Assembly (NCBI GenBank): GCA_964016885.1
Contig: OZ024744.1
Coordinates: forward strand, 86,924,001-86,988,000
From: Eledone cirrhosa
Lineage: Eukaryota
Length of the DNA stretch: 64,000 nucleotides
Direction of reading: 5' to 3'
The translations under genes and the position numbers were made by a program. Positions 29,585-43,049 of this stretch are shown here, in pieces. The notes under the pieces are model-generated. The model did not search any database. It was not told the DNA's origin and saw nothing but the letters and a program-made list of their open reading frames with translations. Every line of letters begins with the position of its first letter. The first letter of the stretch is position 1.

Positions 29585-30542
29585 CATCTTCGTTCTCATC
29601 TATTTCTTTCTGTTTCATCCCTTCCATCTCTTTCCCTCGTCTTTCGTATGGGTACCAGCTCCTTGTTTCACATCTCTTTCATCATTGTTTTTTTTTCTTT
29701 TAATGGTCATCGTCATTATCATCATCAGCAGCATCACCCCCACCACAAAATGAGCTAAGGCGTTCAGAGTATGACCATATTGTATATTGGTTTCTGGTAT
29801 ACTGTATCCTAAACTACACTAATATTTTTGTTCATGTAAAACAGCATGGTGCTTTCTGGAGAACATTTATGAAGCGTACAGTAATTGTTGGATAGATATC
29901 TGAAACAATTATATAGCTGGACCGGATTAATCACGCTTCTTAGATAAGGTTATTTCTATGTTCAGTTTACTAACAATACTAGGTTGTGCTTGTTTATCTT
30001 AAGAAAGGGAGTACACAATTTGTTTGCCGTCCTAGGTGTATATAAATGACGGGATGGTCAAGTATTGAACAAAGTTGCCATCACAGGTCTACTGAATCAA
30101 GACTATCGTCGGAATATACAACAGCAAACACTTTAAAATAATTAATTCTTAAGCTATTCATGCAAGAAAATTATATTTATAATTTTTTCTCCGTTAGTAA
30201 AATGTTGAAAAGATCTTGCATGTCTTCAGTTCATGACTGGCGACATTTATTAAACATTCAAGACACGAGGATATAAAACTCCACCAGAAAAAGTACTGGA
30301 TTCCAGAATAAAATTTGGTCGAAGGAAAATACTAACAAGTAATTCTGAATTTCCGTCTTTTGTAAATTATAATGTTATAGATAATAGGAAGAGAAGGCCT
30401 TCTGAGGTGTGTATGTGATTGTATGTAGGTTATTAAACATTTTCTTTAAAAGTTTCTGTCTATATTCGACATAAACTCTATACATAATGTGTGTTAATAG
30501 CAACACAGCTAGTGTGCTCGCAAGGTCAAAATAAAAGGTTAC

Positions 30543-30752
30543 TTGTTTAAATTCTGAATTATTATTCGCTTAACAGTTATCTTAATTTTGTTTACACGCC
30601 TAGAAGTTGACTTCAGGCCATGTGGGCAATCTTTGGGAGATTTGAAAGGAAAATACAAGACAATAGCTGTGATACATTTGAAATGGAGTGGTGCTTCCAG
30701 TACTTCAATGCTAATTAATGTTGTATTATTGACTGCAATACAAACAGCATGT
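30543..30752 (-). CDS. Candidate 210-nt internal coding exon of an unidentified host gene
   Basis: Acceptor tttctttctgtaaccag, donor AA|gtaacc, open symmetric phase-2 frame HAVCIAVNNTTL...IIQNLN; unique sequence. Confidence 0.4.
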
Positions 30753-30863
30753 CTGGTTACAGAAAGAAACGTACAATAGTTATATACACAAATACCAACA
30801 CACAAAATTCCATCACGCATACGCATATATATATACATGCACAAACAGACAGACACAGGGAAA

Positions 30864-30953
<90 letters not shown>

Positions 30954-30972
30954 CCCATACACACACACACAT

Positions 30973-31087
<115 letters not shown>

Positions 31088-31968
31088 GTAATAATAATAA
31101 ATTTGTAGACTAGAATCCAAAGAGGGCTCGATAAAGATAAATATATATCAAATATATAAGAACCGTAGAGCAAATATTTATTAAAATAACAGATTAAAGT
31201 TTAAGCAAAGATTCGCTGCTTTCACCCTTAACGGGATCTTCTAAAACTAAAAAAATCAATCTGTGAACGCAGAAGTAAATATTTCGAAAAAAGGTTGCAG
31301 GAAGATAGGAAGACGATACTTTGGTTCGTGGAAACGTTCCCTGGCAAAGAACGGGAAAAAACGAATATAATACGTCATTATTTGGAGCGGTGGAAAACAA
31401 TTACACGCAAAGACAAAACCACGTTTATGGTATAAATGAAGACGTAGACTAATATTCTATTAGGGGGTTCGTGGGGACGTTCCCTGGCAATGAACGGAAA
31501 AAACGAAGATAATACGTCATTATGTGTACGGTGAGAACAATTAATCGCAAAGACAAAAGCACGTTTATGGTATAACTGAAGTCGTAGACTTAAATTCTAT
31601 TTAGGAAACCGAATGATTCTCGGCTTCAGAGTTAAGAATAATGTAAATAAATTGCAGAGGTATACGTGCGCATGTGTGCGGGTACAGCGTTGCGTGGGTT
31701 TTTGTATGTGTGCGTGTGTTTTTGTGTACGTGCCTGTATTTGCATAACCATGGCGGGTGTTTTCGCGTATGCATGTGTATGTACGTATATGGATGTGTCC
31801 CTGTATATATTTAATTATTGTTGATTTCAATAACCTCTGTAATTAATTTAGATTATTCTTAACTCTGAAGCTGAGAATCATTCGGTTTCCTAAATAGAAT
31901 TTTAGTCTACGACTTCAGTTATACTATAAACGTCTTTGCGTGTAATTGTTTTCACCGCTCCAAATAAT

Positions 31969-32059
31969 TGTTTCTACTTTTTCGCACAAAGCCAACAATT
32001 ACCCAGTGCATTACTTGTACTTTATTTTATCGACCCCGTAAGGATGAAAGGCAAAGTTA
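31969..32059 (-). mobile_element. 5'-truncated S1 SINE inserted in the 5' pLTR
   Basis: 15-bp TSD accgctccaaataat at 31954-31968 and 32060-32074; absent from the other pLTR copies. Confidence 0.88.
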
Positions 32060-32411
32060 ACCGCTCCAAATAATGACGTATCATCTTCGTTTTTTCCGTT
32101 CTTTGCCAGGGAACGTTTCCACGAACCAAAGTATCGTCTTCCTGTCTTCCTTCGGTTGCAACGTTTTTCGAAATATTTACTTCTGCGTTCACAGATTGAT
32201 TTTTTTATTTTCAGAAGATCCCGTTAATGGTGAAAGCAGCGATTCTTTGCTTAAACTTTAATCTGTTATTTTCATAAAAATTTGCTCTACGGTTCTTATA
32301 TATTTGATATATATTTATCCTTATCGAGCCCTCTTTGGATGTAAGTTTTCAAATTTATTATTATTACAATTTGGCTCTCTCTGTTGAGCACTCTATTGAT
32401 TTATATTCATC

Positions 32412-34515
32412 ATGCAGAAACAACATCTGAATATTTCTACAAAGAACATACCCTTACCAAGCAGGAAGAAATATCTAAAACTCCCGATACATAAAACAGA
32501 CTCGTTCATTAAAAGGTTGCGTTGGCGTGCCTTTTATTTCAATAATCAGGTAAAAGCGGACAACAAACAAGATAAATTTGGGTTTAAAACCTACAATAAC
32601 CGTCCGAGTAACCCAGCATTGCTACCCTTCGAAAACGATGTCTTGGAACTCATACGGAGTATCAAATTTCGGAGTAGGAGCAATTCCTTCCAGCAGGACC
32701 TGAAGAATAGAATTCGTTCTATTAACGATTCTAATGCCGTGCACGTCCACTCCGACAAAACTGGCAATCTATATCAAGTGGAGCGCAGTACTTACCATCA
32801 ACTGCTACATAATGCTGTAACTAAGGATTATCGTAAAACTAATCGGAGTGTCATTAATGACATCAACGATGCTGGGTTTAAAATCACCTCTGATCTCCAT
32901 CATGGACCGAACTGAACCTATTACTCCCCACTTTACTCTGAAGGATCACAAATCCAATTGCCCGAACAACCCCTCTATTCGGCTTATTAACCCTACGAAG
33001 TCCGATTTAGGTAGACTTAGTAAAAGGATTTTAGATAGAATTATACCTGAAATATGAAGCTTGGCCCCTCTTGCACCGTGGAACAATTCTTTCGCTGTGA
33101 TTGATTGGTTCAACGGCATATGCAACAAGGAACATTGCCGTTTTATCCAATTCGACATCAATAATTACTACTCCTTTATCACTTTACCACTTCTTCTTAG
33201 AGATATCAATTTCGCTAAAACGCTCACGGTGGTTAAGGATTTCGAAGTTGATGTCATCCTCAATGCCTGTAAGTCGGTGATTAATTTCGACGACTCTATT
33301 TGGATTAAAAAATCTAATAGTACGCCATTCTACGTGAGTATGGGCGCCAGAGATTCTGCGGAGGTTACTGATCTTATCAGCCTTTTCCTTCTATTTACTA
33401 TCAAGGAAGAATTCCCCAACGTGGGCGGTGGTTTGTACTGTGATGACGGTTTTTTGACCATGACAAAGTGCGGCCCATGCATTTACGACAGGTTCAGAAA
33501 AGAACTCACAGCCTTCTCTAAAGGCTTCAACCTCTCCATACAGGTTGAGGCCAACCTCTCGGTCCTAAATTACCTCGACGTTACCCTCAATTTATCGAAT
33601 GGCTTGCACTACCCGTATAGAAAACCGAATGATACGCTTAATTACATAAATAAGCATTCTAACCATCCTGCTAGCATAACCAGGAACCTGGTAATAAACG
33701 TTTCTTTGAGGCTTTCCCGTCCATCTACAAACGAGCATATTTTCACCGACCATTCCACATATGACAATGAAGCTCTTGCTCGGAGTGGATTTGTCGATAA
33801 CGTAGCATATACTAAGTATGAGCATAAACCTAGGAAAAGTAGATCCCGACGCATTATATGGTGTAACCCTCCATATAATATGGAGGTGACCACCCATTAG
33901 CTGAGATCTTTCTCTCCCTTATTATGAAGCCCCCCCCCCCCCACAGATAAATATAATAACATGTTTAATAGAAATACCATTAAAATGTCTTTCTCTACAA
34001 CTCCTAACCTTGCACATAACATCACTGCTTCAAATTTAGCTAAATTACCTAGTCGTAGGAACACGTGCATCCCTGTAGCTAGTACTAACTGTAATTGTAG
34101 GAATCAGGTTGACTTCCCCTATTCGGGAAATGCCTCTCTAGTAACATTGTCTACAAATGTAAGGTTGAGACACCCACGCCCCGTAGAGCCTACATAGGGT
34201 TAACCGCCAATAGATTCAAGCAGCGTCTTTTCTTAACCCTTTAAGAAGGAATATGACGTCACTTTTAGCTTATATCTGGAGTCAAAAGACACCCACACCC
34301 AATATAGGTTACACTGGGAGATCCTAGCTAAAGCTAGATGGTATAACGGAAATAAAAGACCAGGTGAACTCTTCGCCGCTTTGGCCCTAGAAATACTCTA
34401 CGCAAATGACCACATCTTAAACAAAAAATCTGAGGCAAGTTCGGCTTGTAAACATAAATTGCACCAAACTTTCCTTTATACCCTAACGGATATTACGACC
34501 TATACGCGGATAATT
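32412..34515 (+). pseudogene. PLE RT plus GIY-YIG polyprotein, disrupted
   Basis: STKNIPLP..KRLRWRA, TLKDHK, FDINNYY, SMGARDSAE, GLYCDD, NYLDVTL, SNHP, WCNPPY, CNCR; several frameshifts and stops. Confidence 0.9.
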
Positions 34516-35494
34516 TACGTCTTGATGTGGTAGCTAAGTATATTTTATGTTTATACCATTACTTATTTGTATAGGTAAGTTTATATTACCTGTATGTTTT
34601 GTGAAGGTACGTATACTTTGTCGTACGTATATTTGCTTCTATTTGTTATAGGTGTATATATTATATTATATATACTGGTGCATGTGTATATGGTTATGTG
34701 TATACGTGAGTTTTGCGTTTGTGTGTGTATGCGGGTTTGAACGTATGTAGGGTGTGTGCGTATATGTGTACTTTGTGTTTTGGTTGATGTACATTTGGCG
34801 AACATATGTGTATTTACATGTAGGTGTGTGTGTGCGCGCGTTATATACGTATTTATGTGTGTATATTTATATAGGTTTATATAATTATATGTATACGTGC
34901 ACACACATTCACACATGTATATGTATTTTTTAATATATTTTTTATATAGGTTTATGTGTATTTGGTGTATACGTTCGTATGTGTGCGGGTACAGGCGTTG
35001 CGTGGGTTTTTGTATGTGTGCGTGTGTTTTTGTGTACGTGCCTGTATTTGCATAACCATGGCGGATGTTTTCGCGTATGCATGTGTATATACGTATAAGG
35101 ATGCGTGCCTGTATATATTTAATTATTGTTGATTTCAATAACCTCTGTAATTTATTTACATTATTCTTAACTCTGAAGCCGAGAATCATTCGATTTCCTA
35201 AATAGAATATTAGTCTACGTCTTCATTTATACCATAAACGTGGTTTTGTCTTTGCGTGTATTGTTTTCACCTCACCAAATAATGTCGTATTATCTTCGTT
35301 TTTTTTCGTTCTTTGCCAGGGAACGTTTCCACGAACCAAAGTATCGTCTTCTTCCCTTCCTTCGGTTGCACGTTTTTCGAAATATTTACTTCTGCGTTAA
35401 CAGATTGACTTTTTTAGGTTCAGAAGATCTCGTTAAGGGTGAAAGCAGCGAATCTTTGCTTAAACTCTAATCTGTTATTTTAATAAATAAATAA

Positions 35495-35575
<81 letters not shown>

Positions 35576-36435
35576 TGTTATAACTACAAAATCACGATAT
35601 TGAGCCGTCACCAAGCACGCAAATGAAATTGTGTGTGATCATATTCGTGTATATATACGTGTGTATGTGTGCGTGTGTGGGTGCATGTGTGCGTGAATGT
35701 TTATGTATATATATATATAAACAGCCTCACAGACACATACAGACAAACACATTTGCATGCATGTATGTGTGTCTATGTGTTAAGCGAGATATATTAGACA
35801 AAATAATCATGCTAGGCACATATTATACCAGGTACGTATCATACGTTTAAACTCGAAGTAAAGACCGTATTGTTTTATGAGAGAAATATCTAAATGGAAA
35901 TAATTATAGTTACTACTATTGATGTTAGTTAATTACTGAAATAAACCAGATTGTGATATATATCAGCAGACCTATGATCAATGGCAATTCAACTGGGACC
36001 ATCTTGTTCTTTAGACTGGTTCACGAGCGTAATATATAAATAGAATTACGTTATTCAAAGATTATCCTATATAGAAAATGTTCAGTACAATAATATGCAA
36101 TTGAATATCCGGCAGCTCCATTAGCAAGTTGTCGGCCGCTTAGTGACTTATTAATTGACATTGCGTTATAGAAATATTTTCAATTTACTTTCGTCCATTT
36201 ATGTTCGAAGTTCAAATTGCGCTGAGTTTAGCTTGGCCTTTCCTCCATCGGGGTGGAAATATAAATTACTAGTAACGGCTTTCTACCCCCCTTCAAATTG
36301 CTGGTTTATACCAAAAAGTAAAAACAATTTACTATCACTCCTATTGTAGTTTTGAAAGCCATAAGCCACATAAAAGTTTACTTTCTTTCTAATATAAGAA
36401 GGGAAATAAATAATTTTCTATATAGATAATAAACA

Positions 36436-36622
36436 CTACCACAAGGATATGGTCAGAACGTGGAAGAGCCGAACTCCCACTGTCATCGCCTCCATCTCTC
36501 TCGCCCTCATCTCTCTGTATGGTGAGCAAATGGGGGTCCCACGTGCTGGTCTCCCCACAGCCCCGGCGGACAGAATGGAGAAGGAGTTACCCCGGTGGAT
36601 GGTAAGGGAGATGCTCTGGCTT
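36436..36622 (-). mobile_element. CRE-like non-LTR element, 3' fragment (subfamily b)
   Basis: SISLTIHRGNSFSILSAG; 3' end shared with 40620-40785. Confidence 0.7.
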
Positions 36623-36886
36623 GAGAATAGAATTTGTAGTTTGTAATTACGTAACAAATATTTTCTGGGAATATTTAATCATATTTCAATTAAAATGTCT
36701 GTTTTTGAATAACGTTAAGTAAAAACAGTTTCTATGGAGTTCACTTGGCAATATACCGTATGTTTGACTAAAAACATTTAGAAGACCATACGCTATCAGA
36801 TTTAAAGTAATGACTACATTTAGGAAAATTATATATATATTTTTTTTTACATTCTCAAGTATAAAATATAATTTAGAGATATATCA

Positions 36887-38446
36887 GATGAAAGAATGGT
36901 ATTTAACTAATGCATTGGTAGGCGATGGGGCCCACCCACAGCCCCGGCGGACAGAATGGAGAAGGCCTTTCCCCGGAGGACAGCAAGGGAGACGCGCTGG
37001 AAAAGCCACTCCAACTCGCGGGGCTCACACCTGCGGCTAGCCAGCTCAGCGCCTATGGTGGTGAGTAAGGAGGAAGCCCTGGGGCCGAGGACACCAGAAG
37101 TTTTCCACTGCCAGGGGAACGACCGCAAACTTGTCGGAGAGCGACCGGTATTTGAGGAGTTTGGCCCCCTCAGCCCGACGTGCAGCACAACCTGGGTCAG
37201 TCGTAGACTGCACCAGGTTGCGGCTGCAGAAAGTGTCGGTGCAAGTGGCATCCCAGACGAGGGGTTTTCCACGGCGGAACGGGAATATGGTCATGCCATC
37301 TGGCCTTTTGCCGTCCCCTCGATCCAGCCACACCGGCTCGACCTGAGGGCAGCATGGCGTGGAATGCGGCCGGCACTGTGGCGACAGGAAAGCGGGTGGA
37401 GGCCGAAAGAGTCAACGGTGGAACCGCAGCGACATTGGTGTGGCTGGCAGATCCGGAGGCCGAGCCTCAGGGAAACGCCGATTCGCAGGCTATAATGGTC
37501 TAGCTGCGTGCCAGTGGAGAAGGAGGGCAGGGCATGGAGCCAGGCACCACTGTGGGGTTTGGAGGCCGCACGAAAACAAGCAAGGCGGTGCTGGTCGAGC
37601 TGGCGCGTGTGCCTGTCTGAGGCCAGTCTGTACTGGATGGCATTCCAAATGCGTTGGAGGGACTTGACGTCACCAGGGGGAGAAGGAGGAGGGATGTCTA
37701 CTGGGCTAAGTCCCAGCCGGTCCCACGTCTCACAGGCAGCCTCACGTTCTCTGAACACAGAGGGTTCTGTTGTGTTTTGAAGAACCCTGCTGACGAGGAC
37801 GCGGCACGAGGTTACCGACGAAAGATACGCCGGCAAAGCTAGTGAGATCGGGGACCGGAGGCCAAGGCCGCTATACCTGACCGGTAAAGTAGCCTGTTGC
37901 CACCCTATATCGTCAAACTTGACGTTGCATATCCCCTCCGCTTCTGCTCAGATACAAGTATCGATGTCAGCGAGGAGAGATATCTGGGTGTAGCATGGAG
38001 CGCTGCGGAGTGTATAGAGGAGCTTCGGCATGGCGAAGCATTTGCTCAGCAGAAAGAGAGCTGGGTGGCCGTCGATCAAGCTCAGTCGGCTCGTGAGAGT
38101 CTGGAGCTGTTGAAGACTGGACCTGATGGTGGAGCGGATGGCCGACGGATGGATCGGTGACCCGAGGATGACGACATCCTCTTTGGGGGGTCACCTGAAC
38201 CTGGCATAGAATGGACCGCACGTCCAAAACGGAGGCTGCAAAGCTCACAGCATCGAGGCTGACGTTCACCACCTCCGACTTGGCCGAGTTGACCTGAAGG
38301 CCGATTCCCGCCAGGGCAGGAATCACCGATTGAAAGTCATGGCAGACCGTCTGTACGGGCCCGCCCAACGTAGCATCATCCAGATACCAAACGTAGAGAG
38401 GGGCTGTGATACTCCGGGCGATGTGGTCAATACCAAGGGCGAACAA
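36887..38446 (-). mobile_element. 5'-truncated CRE-clade-like non-LTR retrotransposon (RT, Zn knuckle, restriction-like endonuclease), frameshifted
   Basis: WYLDD; SGAWL.ALP; CRCG...H..SC; DGKRPDG.T..P...GK.L.WDAT..DT; FQRVSLAV.RG. Confidence 0.85.
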
Positions 38447-38483
38447 CTTTATTTAATAATTGACGTAAAGGATCGATTGGATA

Positions 38484-38760
38484 ATGTGATAGATGATTAG
38501 TAAGTGTGATAGATTATTGGTCAGGGTTAATATAATAGATTATTGGTAAATGTGATAGATTATTGGTGATAGTTTATTGGTCAGTACGATAGATTATTGG
38601 TGACTGTGGTAGATTATTGATCACTGTGAACGATTATTAGTAATTGTGATAGATTATTGATGGGTACGATAGATTATTTGTAAGTCTGATAGGTTATTGA
38701 GTATTGTGATAGTTTATTGGTTGATGTGATAGATTTCTGGTTAGTATGATAGACCAATAT
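38484..38760. repeat. ~20-bp minisatellite (tgtgatagattattggtnan)
   Basis: About 13 diverged tandem units. Confidence 0.85.
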
Positions 38761-38881
38761 TTATTGTTATATGATATTGGTGATAATGATGAATAGATTA
38801 TTGTGATTGTGTTAGAATATTGACGCCTGTAATAATGTCTTTTCCGAAACACGGTAGTCAAATTAAACACATTTATATATT

Positions 38882-39774
38882 ACTATCAGTGGTACCTGGC
38901 GTTGCACGGGATAAGCTATTTTGGAACGCGGGCCGCCAACGGACCTAATCGTGGAAAAACTGCATGCCTCGACAATATGTAAAGAAAATATACTGAATAC
39001 TCTGATGGCTAGATAATCTTTAAGACTTTTCTCGATGAAGCAGGAAAAATGAATTTTATTTATGTGCATAATATGCCTTGAAATTTCGGGAAAATCGGCT
39101 AGACGTAACGCCTCAAAAATCCCTATAAAGCTGAAAAAATGAAGTTTTTCACCTAATGCGGGCCCTAGGGGATCAGAAAGTTGAATTTTTTATGTGCATA
39201 ACACGTAAAGGCACGTAAGTAAGCAACACTGTGAAAACAGAAGTTATTATAGCGATGTTTTTCTTTACCGGCTTTAATTTTTAGTGTTGTGTGAAATATA
39301 TAACCGCCTTAGCTAAGCTTAGTATTGCCACAACCACGGCTGGCAAAGAAGTAAGGGTCTTGTGGTACTTAAGTAAGCAACACTGTTGCTTAAAACGTGA
39401 GGAAGAAGTTGTGTGCATTTACCAACTGTTTGGGGAATGAGTGTGAGATTTGTCTAGAGCAAGGATGGCAGAATAACCAGAGGCAGCAGACAGTCAGACA
39501 TACAGACAGATATTATACGGGCGCGACGTTATATGTATGTATCTATCTAAAAAGAGAAAGACTAAGAATTATATAGAGAGAGATCGCTAAATCGCCTAAT
39601 GCGGTCCCTAGGGCATTGAACATTTGAATTTTTTTTTTGCTCAGAACACTCCCTGAAACAAGTATTGCAAGTGTAAAAAATGAAAACAGGCGGTTGGGTG
39701 CTTCTCAAGTTTTAGGGATTCAAACTCACACACACACACACACAGACAGACATCCTCGGTTTTATATATATAGA
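38882..39774 (-). mobile_element. Non-autonomous Helitron-like element
   Basis: Minus strand begins A|TCTATATATATAAAA followed by (TG)n/(TCTG)n, and ends with GC hairpin cccgtgcaacgccagg and atag|T. Confidence 0.7.
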
Positions 39775-39849
39775 TTACATCTGTTCTACTAGTAGTTTGG
39801 TTCCTTATTGCTTTCATACATTTAAGTCCTCTATTTACCTCATTATTTC

Positions 39850-39972
39850 TTGAGTTCAAATCCCGCAGAGGTTAGCTTTGCCTTTCATCTTTACGGTGTC
39901 GATAAAATAAAGTACCAGTAATGTACTGGGGTATTATTGCTGGCCTTGTGCCAAAACTAGAAACAATTATTT
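39850..39972 (+). mobile_element. SINE family S1, 5'-truncated
   Basis: B-box through tail. Confidence 0.85.
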
Positions 39973-40619
39973 CTTCACTACCCAAGCAAACTAAACAACA
40001 TAATTAGACAAAACAGCCGAATCGGGGAAATAAACATAATAAAAATTACTAATAGATACAAAAATACATTACTAGAAATCCCATATGTTATAAAATAAAT
40101 AGGAAGGGTTGGGGTCTCAATATGTAAGCTAAACGACTAATTCTGTTTTGTTTTGTTTTTAATCAACAGAGACAACCTAGAAAAATTACCCCCCCCCCCT
40201 CCACTTTTTCACCCCCTTCCTTTCATTTGGGACACGAGAGTACTTATTTGATCTCGGATGACTGGACTTCATGCGCTAGGAAGAAGTAATGGAAACTACA
40301 TACATGATATCATTAATCCCTCAGTTTTACAAACTAAAACGTTAAGTGTTTATACAGGAACTACTTTCTTGAGGGACGAAGGTTGTTTGGAATTGATGAA
40401 ATTTCTTTCTTAGCAATAATAAGGAATTTACTTTCGTTTCTTTTGAATTTTACTTTCGGTTTTCTTTTTTCATTTAGCTCCCTAAAATAAGATATAACCC
40501 TTGTACGATGATACAATATATGTCAATGTTAGACGTGAATGTCATGTCTAGGATGGTTTTCATTCCATACTTGCGCGAATCGATGTCAAATTACGGTTAA
40601 ACAACAAGAGTATTCCATA

Positions 40620-40785
40620 CTTACCACCATAGGCACTGAGCTGGCCAGCCGCAGGTGTGAGCCTCGTGAGATAGAATGGTTCTTCCAGCGCATCTCCCTT
40701 ACCATCCTCCGGGGAAATGCCTTCTCCGTTCTGTCCACCGAGGCTGTGGGGAGATGGAGAGGGCGAGAGAGATGGAGGCGATGAC
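40620..40785 (+). mobile_element. CRE-like 3' fragment (subfamily b)
   Basis: TIGTELASRRCEPREIEWFFQRISLTILRGNAF. Confidence 0.75.
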
Positions 40786-41039
40786 AGTTTAACTATATTA
40801 TCATAATAGCAAAAACGTCTACAACCTGTTAAAAAAGAAAGAGTATCATCAGAAGCAGGAAGGAATTTCTCTGTATCTAATTCAAAACTTTGCATACTCC
40901 TAAAGTGTGTTACTCCTTTCAAACAAACTAATGAAACTTCCTTCGTAAAATAGTTTCCATATAAAAAGAGAGAAGAAAGAGCATAGTCGAAGAAAGCGAC
41001 ATGGCGGGAATAAAATAAAGCGAAGAATGTTGGGAAAAT

Positions 41040-41226
41040 AATTGTTTCTACTTTTGACACAAGGTCAGTAATTACCCAGTACGTTACTGGTACTTTATTT
41101 TATCGACCCCGTAAGGTTGAAAGGCAAAGTTAAACTCGGCTGGATTTGAACTCAGTCCGTAAAGGGGCGTAACTCTATGCTGGGAAGTGTGGCGTCAGAG
41201 TCTCTACCGATAGTGCCAAACCACCA
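41040..41226 (-). mobile_element. SINE family S1 with TSD
   Basis: tgggaaaataat on both sides (41031, 41227). Confidence 0.88.
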
Positions 41227-41455
41227 TGGGAAAATAATACGAGGCTAGAAGTCAAAAATATTTTATAAACATAAATTTCAATTTAAAATGTAAAATGTTA
41301 AGATGATTTTTTTTTTATCTTTCAGGTTTTAATCATTTTATAAACAATTTTAGACTATTTTATATAATTAATTTTTTCTAAATTGAATTAAATTTCTGTT
41401 CTAATTTCATTTTAAGTTCTGAAACATTTAATTAAGTTCACACATTTCAGAATCA

Positions 41456-41518
<63 letters not shown>

Positions 41519-41752
41519 GCTACTACTGCTACTACTGCTACTATTATTACTACTACTGCTGCTCCTGCTGCTGCTACTGCTACTACTACTACTACTACTA
41601 CTACTGCTGCTGCTACTACTACTACTGCTGCTCCTGCTACTACTACTGCTGCTGCTACTACTACTACTGCTGCTCCTGCTACTACTACTACTACTGCTGC
41701 TGCTACTACTACTGCTGTTGCTGTTACTGCTGCTGCTGTTTCTCCTGCTGCT
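41456..41752. repeat. (CTA)n/(CTG)n compound trinucleotide repeat
   Basis: Seen directly. Confidence 0.95.
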
Positions 41753-42361
41753 GGTTCGTTCTCTGCTTAAACAGTTGTTGCACTGCATTAATTAATATGA
41801 CTAGCATAATGACCAACCTCCGGGTGGTTTTCTGCTAGCATGTGTAGTGTGTATATTGATATTATACTCAAGTATATATGCATGTAGATATAATACATCA
41901 AATAAAATCGTAATTGACAATATACACATAAACTGAACGAAGACTGTGTTACACTCTCTTATGTAATCAGTAACGTAATCCATGAGACATTAAAAAAAGA
42001 TGATATTATATATAAACTGCATTAGGAGAAAATTAGTGACGGAAATATATGAATATTTATTTAAGCGATCGCTAACCGGAAATGTTGACATTTGGAAATT
42101 GTAAAGAAGTGAATCTTTAAATAAGTAATAAAATATTTTTAATCAACAGCCACGAAATTTAGTAGATAAATTATGTAATATTCACTCCTTATTTATTCAA
42201 AATAATCCAACTTACTTTACTAATGGGATAAAACATTATAAACCGTACGCAGTCCCGCGCTCCTTACTTAATTATAGTTTAGATGACTTGTGTTTTGTTG
42301 TTGAAATGCCTCCAGAGTAATGTTTGTACTACTCCTCCTCCTCATCATCATCATCATCACC

Positions 42362-42392
<31 letters not shown>

Positions 42393-42423
42393 CCATCGTC
42401 ATCATCATCATCATCACTATCAC

Positions 42424-42472
<49 letters not shown>

Positions 42473-43049
42473 TCCACCATCTTTGATTTTAGTAATTAAT
42501 ATTATTATTATAAATCAATATTCTTATTTTGCAGGTTCAAATTTGCAAATGTAAACCAAATCTTCCCAGAATATCAAATTGTTTCATAGCGTAATGTTTT
42601 CCTAGATAGACAATGTCTAGATGGGATTGTTGGGCACAGCCGGAATGCAATCGGTTATTGGTCTGATTGATCAGAGCTGTTAGACAAATACTCTCCAAAG
42701 CATTTTAGGTTAGAATCCCGGTTTCGTTTGCATTAAGCATCTACCAGTACAAATCGTCCCCTTACACAGCACATGAGCCTGAAGGAGAAGACCTAGAATG
42801 TGTACTAAAGAACAATGTGTGTAGTAATAAAAAGTAAAAAGTGCATATCAGTCAAGTAAGTAGTAATAAAAAGTTAATAGTAGTAATAAAAAGTAAAAAA
42901 TGCATATCAGTCAAGTAATAACAGAAGTGCACACTGTTTCAGTATCATCAAGTGGAAATTGCGCTGGGTTAAGAGGCTGGTAACGAAGACAAGAAAGTTG
43001 TTAACCATACAGACGATGCACCACTCGAATGTGGTTGGCCATACCTACC

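Larger units (their letters stand above)
31088..35495 (+). mobile_element. Full-length-architecture Penelope-like element (Naiad-like): inverted pLTR, pLTR, ORF, pLTR
   Basis: 31088-31659 inverted; 31660-32368 matches 34968-35490; ORF lies between; (TA)n flanks. Confidence 0.92.

Noticed and set aside
33055-33057. In-frame TGA in the Naiad-like ORF as Sec
   Set aside because: Aligns with Arg in the sister element (FPKLRK), so probably CGA>TGA decay in an already frameshifted copy
38484-38760. CRISPR-like array
   Set aside because: Contiguous 20-bp units without unique spacers, in a eukaryotic context; it is a minisatellite
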